From contig OZ037765.1 in assembly GCA_964035545.1 (NCBI GenBank), positions 13,154,698 to 13,218,697 on the forward strand: a stretch of DNA of 64,000 nt, in the 5' to 3' direction. The notes below the pieces were generated by a model that was not told the DNA's origin, searched no databases, and was given only the letters and a program-made list of their open reading frames with translations. The position numbers and the translations under genes are program-made. This stretch comes from Bugula neritina (lineage: Eukaryota; Animalia; Bryozoa). Positions 1-11,965 of this stretch are shown one piece after another (the stretch's first letter is position 1; every line of letters begins with the position of its first letter).

Positions 1-1771
1 TTCCCCTGCTCAGTTTTGAACTTGAATTATGTTGCTGTCATTGCTATTTTCAGTAATGTTTATTAGTGTATGTTTCTAAGTGTATTGGCAATGCAAACTT
101 TTAAAGGCTGGCCTTTTTTACCAGACTTGACAGAAAAGAACATTGCAAAATAATTAGACAGTAATTTCAGTTTCTACTATTTTAGAGCATTTATTTAACA
201 AAACACACATAAGTCTACAGCACTTAAGTTGCGTAGATGAATCTCAAGCAATATTTCTATATAGGCTACTGGGATAAAAAAATTACTATCTATTTTATTT
301 TTTTTTAATTAATTTAAAGATTATAGCATTTTTTGTGTGGAAGTGTTCTCAAAATAATTCTTAAAATATTTAATGTCAATTTTGAAACTATTCCTCGGCT
401 TACCTGAAGTCTTCGTGCTGAAAAATGAAATAGCAATTATGATGGTCACTCTAGATACCTCCATGCTGCCGTTCTGTTCTCACTGTTCTGCTGATCTAGG
501 TTGAGTAAAACTGTTGACTCTATTCTATTTTTATATGTCACGGGTTTAGCCTATCATATCAGTATTTTCTTATCATTTTCTGTATTGTTATAAGTCAGGG
601 CATAGCCTATTTTCTTATTAGCCCATGTACATTGTTTTTTATTTCAATGTCGTGTACCAATCAAAATTCTTTTTTAAACCCATTTTTAGAATTTGCAGAA
701 CCTTAAAAATTGATCTGAAGTTCTACATTGCAGTAGAAAATCCATGTTGTATCTCTGTATCACTTCAAAGTGTGGTTCACATAATACATGCAATGGTTGT
801 ACAGTGTGATTGCATAAGATTTAAATGTTTCCCATAATATTATTTTGTTACCGATCATAATTATCAAGACTTGCAAATAACAGAGACATTTAATAAAAGA
901 TGTGCTTATATTTTAGCCAACTTCACGTTTCAATTAGTCCCTAAATGTACATCTTGGAGCTTTTTATTTTTACTGATACTTTGGTTAAAAAATTTGAAAA
1001 GTATCATGGTGAAAATGTCACAAGTTGATATGTTTTGTATACAAAGGCTTAGGTAGATTTCTTATATAAGATCAAAATAAGCGCATGGCGCCTGCCACCT
1101 GTCTAATAATTTGCCATTACAACGTAATGTTTTTATTCAAATCTTTCATTTTGCATGTTTACATAATCAGTCTTAAATTTAATTTTGTTCAATATAATTT
1201 CTTTAAGTTTTTTAATCTGCTATGAATAAATATCAACACTTAAATTAATACTAATCAAATATCATTATCTGCTATTTATAAAAATTGTTTTTCTATTGTA
1301 TGCTACTAATTGTATTCGTTATCTTGCTTTGTATTAGTTGTGACTTATGTGTGGGAAAACAATATGTATATAAATACATGCCCTGTTTTGTATTCTATTG
1401 TATAATTGATAGAGACTAGACTTATTAAGTTACCCCCTGTGAGTGTTGAGCAATTATTCTATAGCCATTCTATTTGTAGAGAGATTAATGATAATGTTTT
1501 TAAGAATGTTTTCAAAGTTGTCATATGCTTTGTAGTGTGTTTGTAAAATGATAATATTGTAATAGTAGCTTCAGTATACACTTTGTAATGTCCTTTAACC
1601 ATTAGAATTACTTGAGCAAATGATAGGACTTGGGGGTGGAAACTAGGACATCTATTGAGATCATGTAAAGATTTTCAAAAAGTTTTGATTATTTTGGTCA
1701 CATATTCCAAATAATATAAGTACCTTTATAACATGTGCATTTCTCAAATTCCTTCAATTGTATAATTTCAG

Positions 1772-4748
1772 TGGAAACAGCTAATGAAGGCGCAGAAGAC
1801 TCTAAGTTGATGGCACATATAGCTTATATTGGAAGGAAAAAAGTTCAGGAAGTTAAAACAGATGCGGTTTATTTCAGTCCATCGGAATTTGCGCAGAAGC
1901 TTGTATGTTCCTAACTACTTACTCTAATTTCTATATTGCAAAACATTTTTAATATCAGTTTGGCATGTAATAACTTTTATATCGACTTTCTGTTAAATGA
2001 AAAAAACAATTTCATTTTGTAATGCGGGTAACCTGTTCAATTACTCTAACACCCAATATATATACGTTGTAAAGTACATGTAATTTATATTTGTGCTATT
2101 TTTCTTAGAGCAATATACTTTGTTTTCTTGTATATAAATTATATATGTTGATGAATTATAATATCATAAACGCATAAAATGTTTCATCTTTACAGTCGGA
2201 CTACACACTGCAAGGAGAAGAAGGTGTGTTACAGTCAGAACATTGGACCATGCTTGGTAAAGCTGTGCAGAACTTCTTTAAACGACCGCCAACTTGTACA
2301 TTTCTGTAAATATCTATAAAAAAAAACTCAAGTGGGTTTATAGTCTTCATCCCTAGGGGAACCATTTATAGAAAAGGGTTTTAAAGCAGGCTAAGGACAT
2401 GTTTTCTATTGCGGTAAAGGAGCAATTATGACTCTTCTTAACACCACCCAAGGCTTTCACTGGGATTCAAGCCACTGTCATCTTGTTAACTAGGCCAGCC
2501 CTCTAACTCCTAGACATGCTGTAAATATATATGCCACTGCATGTGTAGTAGACTACATGTGTACCACTCAAACTGAGTTTTATAGAGTTTTTTTAATTGT
2601 TTAATGACGCAGTTTCAAGAGTAGCTGGAATGCTTGTATCACAATATTGGCACATATCTCAGCTCTAGCCGTTGGCCTAAATTAACTTTGTTTATGGGGA
2701 CAATCTGATGTTTTACTTAAGTGCATGTTTTTGTACATAGGTTAGGGTGTGTGCTCTAATATTGCAATAATAATGACAGGTTTTTACTGCTGCCAGTGTT
2801 TTTTCTTACAATATGCTGTGGGTTGGCTGAATAAAGTTGTCGTAGTATGTAGAATACTTACTACAATAGATGGATAATAAAAGTTTTAAAGGCATACATA
2901 GTTATGTAGTTTAATAATGTAATATTTTCAATTTGTGTGTTCTCAATATATGTTGTAGTTTAGGTTCATTTGCTAAAGAAGCACAGCAAAAAAAGGAAAG
3001 AGTGAAACGAGTGAGAGTAGAAAAAGATGATAACAGCAAAGATAAATCTACCGCTGTTAAAAAGGTATAGATAAACATACTACAAATTTCAAAAATGGCT
3101 TTGGGTTGAAAAGTATTATGAAAATGGTGGATAAATCTTGGATAAACAAAAAAGGGTGATTGAGTGAAGGGGAAATTGTTATGTTAAATTCTTGTTGTGC
3201 AACAAATAATTGTTTTTTTTGGAAATTGGCTTTTCAAAGAAAGTCTTCCGAAACCATCTCTAAACCAACTTGAGTAAATGAAAACCATAAGGACAGGGTG
3301 GGAGCAGTTGCTGTTAATGTTTCTTACTATTACATTATATTGCTATAAATTTGCTTTTGTAGGGGTTATCAGTGTATAATCAATTTAGCACATTGTTGGT
3401 AATCTAAATCAACTTCACAATGCAGTTACGTGATAATAGATAACTATATTTATAGAAAAGATACAACAGTAAAACTTTACATTTACTCTGACAATTCACA
3501 ACAACTTAGTCAAGTCTTTACAGTTCGCCTGCCTACTAACAACTGCGCGGGAAGCCACTGTCCTCAATAACATAGTCCAAGTCTATTTCTATTGGAGGGT
3601 TCATCATGATTGGGCCATCTCTTCGTGTACACAATGACCTAACAGTTTACTTAGAAGGAAAATAACAACTTTCCCCTTTTTCTATTATGAGAGTAATCTC
3701 GTGAGCCACCACAATATTCACATTTTAAAGTTTTGTAACTTAAAAGTTTAGTAATTCTATTTAACCAAGTTTGCTAAACTTATGTGAAACTTCAATCCTA
3801 ATGACTAGTTATTCTGCTCTTCTTCTCTGTTTGTCTTGTAAAGTGACTCTAGTTTTCCTTTATTCACAGATTGCTAATGATGATGAAACTCTGGAAACAA
3901 CAGCACATGATGTCAGCAAAAGAGTGCTGCCTCAACTCATTAAGCTGTGTGATCACTCTAGTTAGTAAAATATGATATTATATACAAGAAACATCATGGG
4001 TGACCTTGTAATTTGCACTCAACAGTTTTCTACCATTCAATCTTTTTCTGTCATTAGAAAGTTGGAGGCCTGTTTGAATTTTGTCCATCAGAAAAAAGTT
4101 CTATAGTATTGGGCAAGAAAGGTGTTTCATAAATACATGTGAGGATGAGTGATGGATTTTAGAAATTTTGATATCCCGGAATTGTGAAATGTATTTTTAA
4201 AATTTAAACGGAATTGCTGTTTCAAATCAGTAGGATTTAGCTTTCTAGTGATGCAAAAAGTACTTTAAACTATAAAATATGCAATAATTATTGGAGTATT
4301 GATTATAAAGTATGTGAATTTTTGCCAGTTTTTGAGTTTGCAATGTGTTCCACAGAGGGGCCTATAGACTACTACGAATTTGTTGTTGATCCTGACTCAT
4401 TTGGGAGAACTGTAGAAAACATGTTCCACGTATCTTTCCTTATAAGGGTAAGTTTATTGTATTGTGTAGCAGTTTTATTTCGCCCTACAGTGTTCAGTTC
4501 ATTACTAGTGCATCATGTTGAAAGTATTTTTGCAGGATGGGTTGGCAGAGATAAGCCTTGATAGTGATCATTTGCCGGTGATTAGGCCCACAAAATATGG
4601 CCGCAGTGGCACACTTGAGGGACGGGAAAAGGAACTTCTTGAACTTCCACGGCACCAGGTTGTCAACTATATCACCATCCAGCAATGGAGAGAACTTATT
4701 GAAACATTCAAAATTAAAAAGGCTAGAATCCCACCAAGAAAATCTTAA
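1772..4748 (+). CDS. NSMCE4A: Non-SMC element 4 (Nse4/EID3 kleisin of SMC5/6), 5'-partial; exons 1772-1902, 2196-2305, 2959-3064, 3870-3960, 4356-4447, 4536-4748
   Basis: GT-AG exons join in frame: [36 protein letters not shown] / [26 protein letters not shown] / [31 protein letters not shown] / [25 protein letters not shown]. The [20 protein letters not shown] motif is the Nse4 C-terminal hallmark. No N-terminal exons found in 1-1771. Confidence 0.93.
2318..2519 (-). mobile_element. tRNA-derived SINE (same family as 8376-8586)
   Basis: Reverse complement aligns colinearly with 8376-8586 (gtctagg.gttagag, cctagt, gtcataattgctcct, gtccttagcc, agggat..gactataaac, gagtttttt). B-box degenerate. 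Confidence 0.7.
3394..3713. mobile_element. Putative solo LTR in an Nse4 intron
   Basis: Begins TG, ends GAGCCACCACA (same terminus as 9425-9730), flanked by ACAT/ATAT (4-bp TSD, one mismatch). Confidence 0.5.
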
Positions 4749-4927
4749 TATCGTGATGTAAATAATTTTGTGTACAGATATATATATTTTATTTACTGTA
4801 AATAAAAATATTTTTTACATATATTAACCTGTTTAATTTTGGAAGTAAATAGTATATAAGCCCCAAATACAGTTCAATTTGCCAATTAGTCAATCAGTTT
4901 GTTGATTGTTAATTAGGTTGTCTAAAT

Positions 4928-7900
4928 TTATACTGTAGATTCTGGAATCACTGAAAATTTTCGGACAACATTTGCAGCATGATTAATAGCTTGAAATTTT
5001 TCTTTTTTCTTTCTTGCGAACACTAAAATTATAAGCAGAGCTAATAGACCTACGAGTTGACCGACAGTTACACCGATTATCACGTTGGTATTGTCAATAA
5101 CTGGATGCAATTTTCTCAAAGTTGCAAAAACAACATCAACTGGAATTTTGGAAGAATTGTATTGTGTTGGCTGTGTGTCTAATGTTGTTTGCCATCTATT
5201 GGATGATGCTGGCCTTCCACTCCACGATGTTGGCTGTCCATTAGATGTTGAATGTCCAATTAGCAATGTTGAATGTGTTTTGAGCATGGTGTATCTTTTT
5301 AATGTTGTCTGCTCATTGACAGTTATCTGTCCATTTGAAGTTGTCTGCCCATTCAAAGTTGTTTTCCCACTTGAAAGTGGCTGCTTATTCACAGTTGTTG
5401 GTCTATACCATAATGGTTGCCCATTCACAATTGTCTGCCCATTCAAAGTTGTCTGCCCATCCGAAGTTGTTTGCTCATTTAGGGTTGTTTGTCCATTCAA
5501 AGTTGTCTGCCCATGTACTGTTGTCTGCCCATTCAGAGTTCTTTTCCCATTCAAATTTGCTTGACCATTTATTGTCATCTGCCCATTCAAAGTTGTCTGT
5601 CCATTCAATGGTGGCTGCCCATTTACAGTTGGCTGCCCATTTGAAGCTGTCTGCCTATTTAAAGTTGTTTGCTCATTTGAAGGTGTTTGTCCATTCAAAG
5701 TTGTCTGCGCATTTAATGTTGTCTGCCCATTCGAAGTTATCTGTCCATTCAATGATGGCTGCCCATTCACAGTTATCTGCCCATTCGAAGGTATCTGCCC
5801 ATTCACAGTTGGCTGCCCATTTGAAGTTGTCTGCCTATTTAAAGTTTGCTCATTTGAAAGTGGCTGCCCATTCACAGTTGTCTGCCCAATCGAAGTTTCT
5901 GACCCATTCAGAGTTGTCTGCCCACTCAGAGTTGTTTGTGCATTCAAAGTTGTCTGACCGTTCAAAGTTTTCTGCCCATTCAAAGTTGTTTTCCCACTTG
6001 AAAGTGGCTGCCTATTCACAGTTGTTGGTCTATACCATAATGGTTGCCCATTCACAATTGTCTGCCCATTCAGAGTTGTCTGCCCATCCGAAGTTGTTTG
6101 CTCATTTAGGGTTGTTTGTCCATTCAAAGTTGTCTGCCCGTGTACTGTTGTCTGCTCATTCAGAGTTCTTTTCCCATTCAAATTTGCTTGACCATTTATT
6201 GTCATCTGCCCATTCAAAGTTGTCTGTCCATTCAATGGTGGCTGCCCATTTACAGTTGGCTGCCCATTTAAAGCTGTCTGCCTATTTAAAGTTGTTTGCT
6301 CATTTGAAGGTGTTTGTCCATTCAAAGTTGTCTGTGCATTTAATGTTGTCTGCCCATTCGAAGTTATCTGTCCATTCAATGATGGCTGCCCATTCACAGT
6401 TATCTGCCCATTCGAAGGTATCTGCCCATTCACAGTTGGCTGCCCATTTGAAGTTGTCTGCCTATTTAAAGTTTGCTCATTTGAAGGTGGCTGCCCATTC
6501 ACAGTTGTCTGCCCAATCGGAGTTTCTGGCCCATTCAGAGTTGTCTGCCCACTCAGAGTTGCTTGTGCATTCAAAGTTGTCTGCCCATTCAGAGTTGTCT
6601 GCCCATTCAAAGTTGTCTGACCGTTCAAAAGTTTCTGCTCATTCAAAGTTGTCTGTGCATTTAAAGGTGTTTGAGCATTCAAAGTTGTCTGCCCATTCGA
6701 AGCTGTCTGTCCATTCAAAGTTGTCTGTCCATTCAATGGTGCATGCATATTCAAAGTTGACTTTCCATTTAAAATTTGCTGTGTATTTGAATCTACTTGT
6801 ACTTTTGATGTCACTGGCTGTCTATTTAATGCTGTTGTCAGATGCAAACTAAGAGGTGTTGTAGTGAACAGGTTGCTTGTTGCTGTTGAAGTTTGTATAA
6901 TGTTTAATGGTGCAGTTGGTTGCTCACTTGTTATAAAAGAGGCAGCTGGGGATGAAGATGGTTTATCTAGTGAACAACAATAAACAACATCACTCTTCAA
7001 TAGTATTGTGATCATTACAACACATTTCACAATCTGCTGTTTCACTTATTACTTAATTACTAGTCATGCATTTTATTCACTTTTATCACCATTAATTATA
7101 TTATAGCTTTTTGGCATATGATTTATTCAAACTTTTGAAATGGCTATGTTTAGTTGATCTTTTTTTAATATGTTGAGGTGAATGCAAGGTAATACCTGGA
7201 AGCACAATCCCTGTAATATTTGAGCCGGCCTCTCCAAGCTTAAAAATCATTTTTCCTGGTACACCCACATTGCTGTCTGTTACTATGTCAATTATTGCTG
7301 GTGTCCTGGATTGTGGTGTTGCATAAAAGTTTCTTCCGTCACCAGAATCAAATCCCACCTAAAAATATTTTTTTATTTTAACAGACAGTTAAGATTATGT
7401 TTTAGTTGTACATAACATTGATCCTAGTAGACAATAATAGCTTGAAGAATAATTAATTCTTGATTTAATGTGAGCAGGCTGAATACCAAACAAAATTTCA
7501 AGAAAAATAGTAATTATAAAAAACCCAAAACTATTATAACAAAATAATTCTTTGTATATTAGACTTGTTATAGAACATTACCAGAACTATAAACTTGCTC
7601 TTAAATTGCATGCTTTTTGTTTGTCAAAAACAAAAATTGTAGACTCCTATATTATAAGCATTGCAGTGTTATTTTAAAAAATATGGGTAACCCTCTTACT
7701 GTTTCACTTTGATTCAGCTACAGTAAGTTTACTCTTTGTACATGCAAATGCAGTTAATGTGAATTTAGTCACCTGCGCTGGTTTTGACCTTGCTACAGAT
7801 CCTTTAAGCCATTGTATCTCTTGATAGTTGAACATGGCAAATGTCTGGATACCATTTGATGCAATTATTGCTTGGAAGGTGTTGCCCTGATATGAAAAAA

Positions 7901-10900
7901 CAACTTTTGATAAATCATGAAATTGAAAGCATAAACCTCTATGCTAAGAACTGCATGAATAGTTTGTTTAAATTTGAAGAAGACAAATAGATATGCAGTC
8001 GCAAAAATGAAAAACCAAGTAATTAATCAATATAGCTCAATACAGATTTCGACAAAACTAAAATGCATAAACTCACAGGAGAATTTTCAGGTGGTGTAAC
8101 AGGGCACTGCAGTGCTTGTTTGTTATAAGCTCTCACATCTTCCCATGTTGCTATCATCAACCATGTTGCTTGAAATAATGCACCAGTCCCTAGTCTGTAT
8201 GCATCTCTAACTAATAAAACAACAATTTCATTTTTAGACGTAAGCGATACCTAGAATATATTATATATTTGTAACAATTGGGCCATTTCTATCCAACTAT
8301 TATATTATATATGCATATGTGAGCAGTGTGAATTTATTGAACTGTTTGTGATTTGTGAAATTTACACTGCGTTATGCCACTGGTCTAGGGGTTAGAGCTT
8401 TTGCCTAGTAAACATGAAGTCATGGGTTCGAACCTGACAAAGGCCATTAATGATGTTAGGAAGAGCATCCAGTCATAATTGCTCCTGTGCCCCATCTGAA
8501 CAAGTCCTTAGCCCACTTTAACAAAAACCCTTTCCATCAAGGGTTTTCTCACAGGGATAGCGACTATAAACTTGCATGAGTTTTTTGTGCCACTGCATAA
8601 CAACCTTGAAGAAACGTTTTCGAATTAATCCAGAGAAAGGAACAATTACCTGCTACGCTGCTCTTGTAATCCCAATATTTTTACATAGCTATAACCAAAA
8701 TCATCTTATAATTTGTGCTAATTGTTTAGAAAATAAAACAGTTGTAGTATAATCCAATGATCGCTGTACTCCAAATGTTAGGTATAAATTTATAATAAAT
8801 CATAATGCCTATTGAAATAAACTTAGTAAAATTATCTAAATACAATTTACAATGTACAGCATATGCTCACTATCTTGTGATGCCTTGAGTAATAAAGTCG
8901 AGTCTGTAGTTTCCCGAGACCACAATCTTCCTCCACGGCACAAATCTACGTCTGCCCAAAAAGGACATATCAGTGCAATATTTGCAGTCTTTAGTGGAAA
9001 TGGATAAGGTTTAAACTCTTGAAACTTTCTATCCAATGAAATCGCTCCATTTGTGCAAACCTTTGGATAAGAAGCAGCAAACTTTGAAAAACGTCATATA
9101 TTGCCATAACTTCATCTTGACATTTACTACGGGTTTACTTTATTAAATCAGTATTATTGAGTGTTTTTATAGCTTTGTAGAAAGTACTAAAACATGAAAA
9201 AGTTGACTTTGTCAATCTGTTCTTTTCACCAACGTAGTTCTGTTGTAGTAGCATAACTTGACTAGCCGGTGATGAACGTTTATATAATATATATAACACA
9301 CCAGTGCCTGCATATTGACCCAAGTGTAACTTAAATGTGCACAGCTAAAATCAGGATTAATAATATTTTCTAATATATTGCCAATTATGTACAAATGCAT
9401 GAAGAAAAAATATCTACTTCATATTGTTATGATTTTCAGATTTAGGGTTGATGTGCCACCAAGAGAGTCTATTTATCACTAGAGAAACTTCACCGAGTTA
9501 AGTCGAGTAGATATCGTTATATTTTAATACAAGAATACATAATAAAATCTAATGTACAACAGTAATGATACGCACGTCTATTTAATTTACAGCACTATCC
9601 TCAACTGAGCTAGTAGCGCGAAGCTGCTACTATTACTCATAAAACAGCCTAGCTAATTGGCTAATACATTGTTCCGGGTCAATACGCAACCTTGCGTATT
9701 GTGTTGCTGGTAGCTCCACGAGCCACCACAATATTGCAAAATCTCAGGTTCTTTAGCTTCCCCACTGCCTAGTGTGCAATAAACAATAATATCCCTATTC
9801 ATTGGAATAGCTGCAGTTTATGTGACAAAAAGCTTGAATGATAAATAATATTCTAAATTAGTCAATTTTTATTTTATGGAATCAATTTGTGAAAATTACG
9901 TGTTTCAATATTTAAGTATGCAGTATAAAATGTTAGATTCTGTGTAGATTTGCAAACTTATGAAAGTTATACTTATTAGTTTTTATTTTTGCTTAAATTA
10001 ATTTTAAGTAAATTTTACATTTACAATCATATTAGGCTAAACCTGTTTTAGACAAATGCAAATTGAAAGACGTTAAATTTTAAATAAATGATCTATAATA
10101 TTTTTTATGACAGAATGAATGTAGCCATTGTAACTCTTCTATAATAGCTTATTCTTATGCAGGTCAAGTATAGAGCTCGGTTTTCAAGCTATTTGACTGC
10201 ATGTAAATTTGCATGTGCTTAAAGCAGTTTAGCTAGTGATGATATTTGTTTTTTGCAATTGCATGCTAACTTCCCAACAATTTGTCCGGTTGTTGCAAAA
10301 AAAGTAAGTTATGCACAAGTAAACATGTACATGCAAAGTAAACGCGTAAACATGTAAAGTTTAATAGGTATTTACCATTGCTATACTAAGCTAAAGTACA
10401 GTTGTTGAAGCATTTTAGCTTGGGCCTTGCATGAAGCCGATTTTCACTGCATACGAAATAGATGTGAAAGTTAGCTCCCACACAATACTTAACCAATTAT
10501 AAATTTTCTTACATATATGTTTGAATAACTTTTCCCAAAGAATGAAATGCTCCGTGTGTAGGTTGAACTGCAGTCATCATCTTTTGTAGGTGCTGGAGAG
10601 TCACCTTGTGAGAGTCCAAATGGATAAAGTGTATCTGTGAAACACAAGTAATAGAAATGTATAGTTCAGAATATCTCTAATTCTTAATTATATGGATATA
10701 GTCACGAAGTATTCAATTAAGCCTCATTCTACTTTATAATTTATCTTACTTTATTTGAAAACGTACTGCTCGCATATGCTAATTATACATATTATATAGT
10801 AGTGTTGAGAATAGTTACATTTGATGTAGCAAAATAATTATTATAATGAGAATTACCGAAAAATAATAGAGATATGAACTAATAAAAACTGTATAATGAG

Positions 10901-11257
10901 AAGCGAGTTTTGTTGGAGCATTAAAATTCTTAAATATATTATACTATGTAGAAGTTGGCTTTAGCATAAACCTCAGTCCTGTCTGGTTTTATTAATCACA
11001 CAGCTTTTTATTCAAAAATATGAAACTTACAGCTAGTTAACAACATGGTGCAAAGGTTGGTAGAAAACATATGATATTAATTCAACGATTTAAAGGTCAA
11101 TTTTATAATTTTTTAATAATAATATATTTTCTAAATAGTAGAAATTAGGACTTGTAGAATGTTACTTACTGTTGCCAGTAGTCTCATCTATAGCAGTTGA
11201 CAATAAAAGAGAAGTATATATCAGCAGATAAACAACCTTCATGGTGCTGTCTTTCAT
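4928..11257 (-). CDS. NIDO-domain/hexapeptide-stalk type I membrane protein, copy 1 (~949 aa); exons 11257-11170, 10634-10513, 9060-8871, 8210-8077, 7886-7773, 7358-7196, 6966-4928
   Basis: Signal peptide MKDSTMKVVYLLIYTSLLLSTA; NIDO motifs LYPFG..GD, FFGKSY.IYVCTNGAISLD, ICPFWADVD, WLMIATWEDV, NTFQAIIASNG..TFAMFNY..IQW, VGFDSGDG, SNVGVPG; about 80 NGQTTL-type repeats; TM VIIGVTVGQLVGLLALLIILVFA followed by RKKK; tail ends IPESTV. Exon total 2850 nt, phases compatible. Confidence 0.9.
5290..6775 (-). repeat. Coding 18-bp tandem repeat (NGQTTL)n containing a 627-bp higher-order duplication
   Basis: Plus-strand unit approximately CCATTCAAAGTTGTCTGC; the distinctive string gttttcccac recurs at 5361 and 5988 (627 bp = 209 aa). 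Confidence 0.92.
8376..8586 (+). mobile_element. tRNA-derived SINE in intron 3 of NIDO copy 1
   Basis: A-box-like TGGTCTAGGGG, B-box GGTTCGAACC (8425-8434), T-run end; second copy at 2318-2519. Confidence 0.75.
9425..9730. mobile_element. Putative solo LTR (Gypsy-type 4-bp TSD) in intron 2 of NIDO copy 1
   Basis: TG...CA termini; perfect ATAT TSD (9421-9424 and 9731-9734); absent from the matching intron position in copies 2 and 3. Confidence 0.65.
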
Positions 11258-11802
11258 AAATCTAAAAAGTTTTGGTGAGCTATAAGTGATTATATAATAA
11301 GAATAGGTCGTTAACTAATAATTATATCAAGTAGGTAGAAAGTTTTCAATATTTACTTAAAAGATTAGAAGTAATTAAAAATAAATGAGGTTGCTAAGCA
11401 GAACACTTTATCAATGATTACAGTTCAACAAGGGTGTATGAAATTATTAGTTATATGTTGAAAATTTCATTTTAATAACTCTTGTGCCAACATGATGATA
11501 TTTGCCGTGTGTTAATAATATCCAAGGTCATGCACACTAAAGTATTCAAAGCTCCAGCAATAAATCTAAAATATATAGCTGTATGCATCTAGTATGCCTC
11601 CCCATAGCCTGAATACTATGCATTATCATTTTATGCACACATAGCTGGCCTATTGACAAGCTTTATCTATATTTTAATTGAAAATTTACCTGCTAAAATA
11701 TCATAATTGTATTCAGACTCAGTTGTTTAATTTTCAAACAGAAATTTAAAATTGTGCAACCAATAGCTTGCAATTGGTGATCAAGTGGTCAGCGTTTGTT
11801 TA

Positions 11803-11965
11803 TAGAATTGTTCTGTAAGCAGCTCCAAGTTGGAGGGTGACTGAGTCCAGTAGTCCGGTTCTCAGATTTGGAGTTGGAAGGATTGCAATAAACTGAGCTG
11901 CCCCCACTCTCAAACTATTGCACTTAGTCACCCCCAACCCGGAGCTGCTTATAAAATAATTTTTA
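11803..11965. mobile_element. Short MITE upstream of NIDO copy 1
   Basis: Imperfect ~40-bp TIRs (aattgttctgtaagcagctccaagttggagggtgactgag versus ctta-gtcacccccaacccggagctgcttataaaataattt); empty site upstream of copies 2-4; a related end lies at ~48070-48106. Confidence 0.7.

Noticed and set aside
1-1771. Nse4 N-terminal exons or other genes
   Set aside because: Only short AT-rich ORFs without recognisable motifs; treated as intron.
5085-6852. Long plus-strand ORFs (HSKLSA and VVCPFK repeats), also 14582-15917
   Set aside because: Antisense shadows of the NGQTTL coding repeat; only the minus frame links to splice sites, the NIDO exons and a TM.
6967-7045. Signal-peptide-like N-terminus MKQQIVKCVVMITILLK of the 705-aa ORF as a standalone gene
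   Set aside because: It begins at GTG within intron 6, upstream of a conserved phase-1 acceptor at 6966, and is disrupted in copies 3 and 4. An internal ATG start cannot be fully excluded.
10165-10450. Possible MITE in intron 2 of copy 1 (ctcggttttca ... tgaagccga)
   Set aside because: Inverted match is short and no TSD was found.
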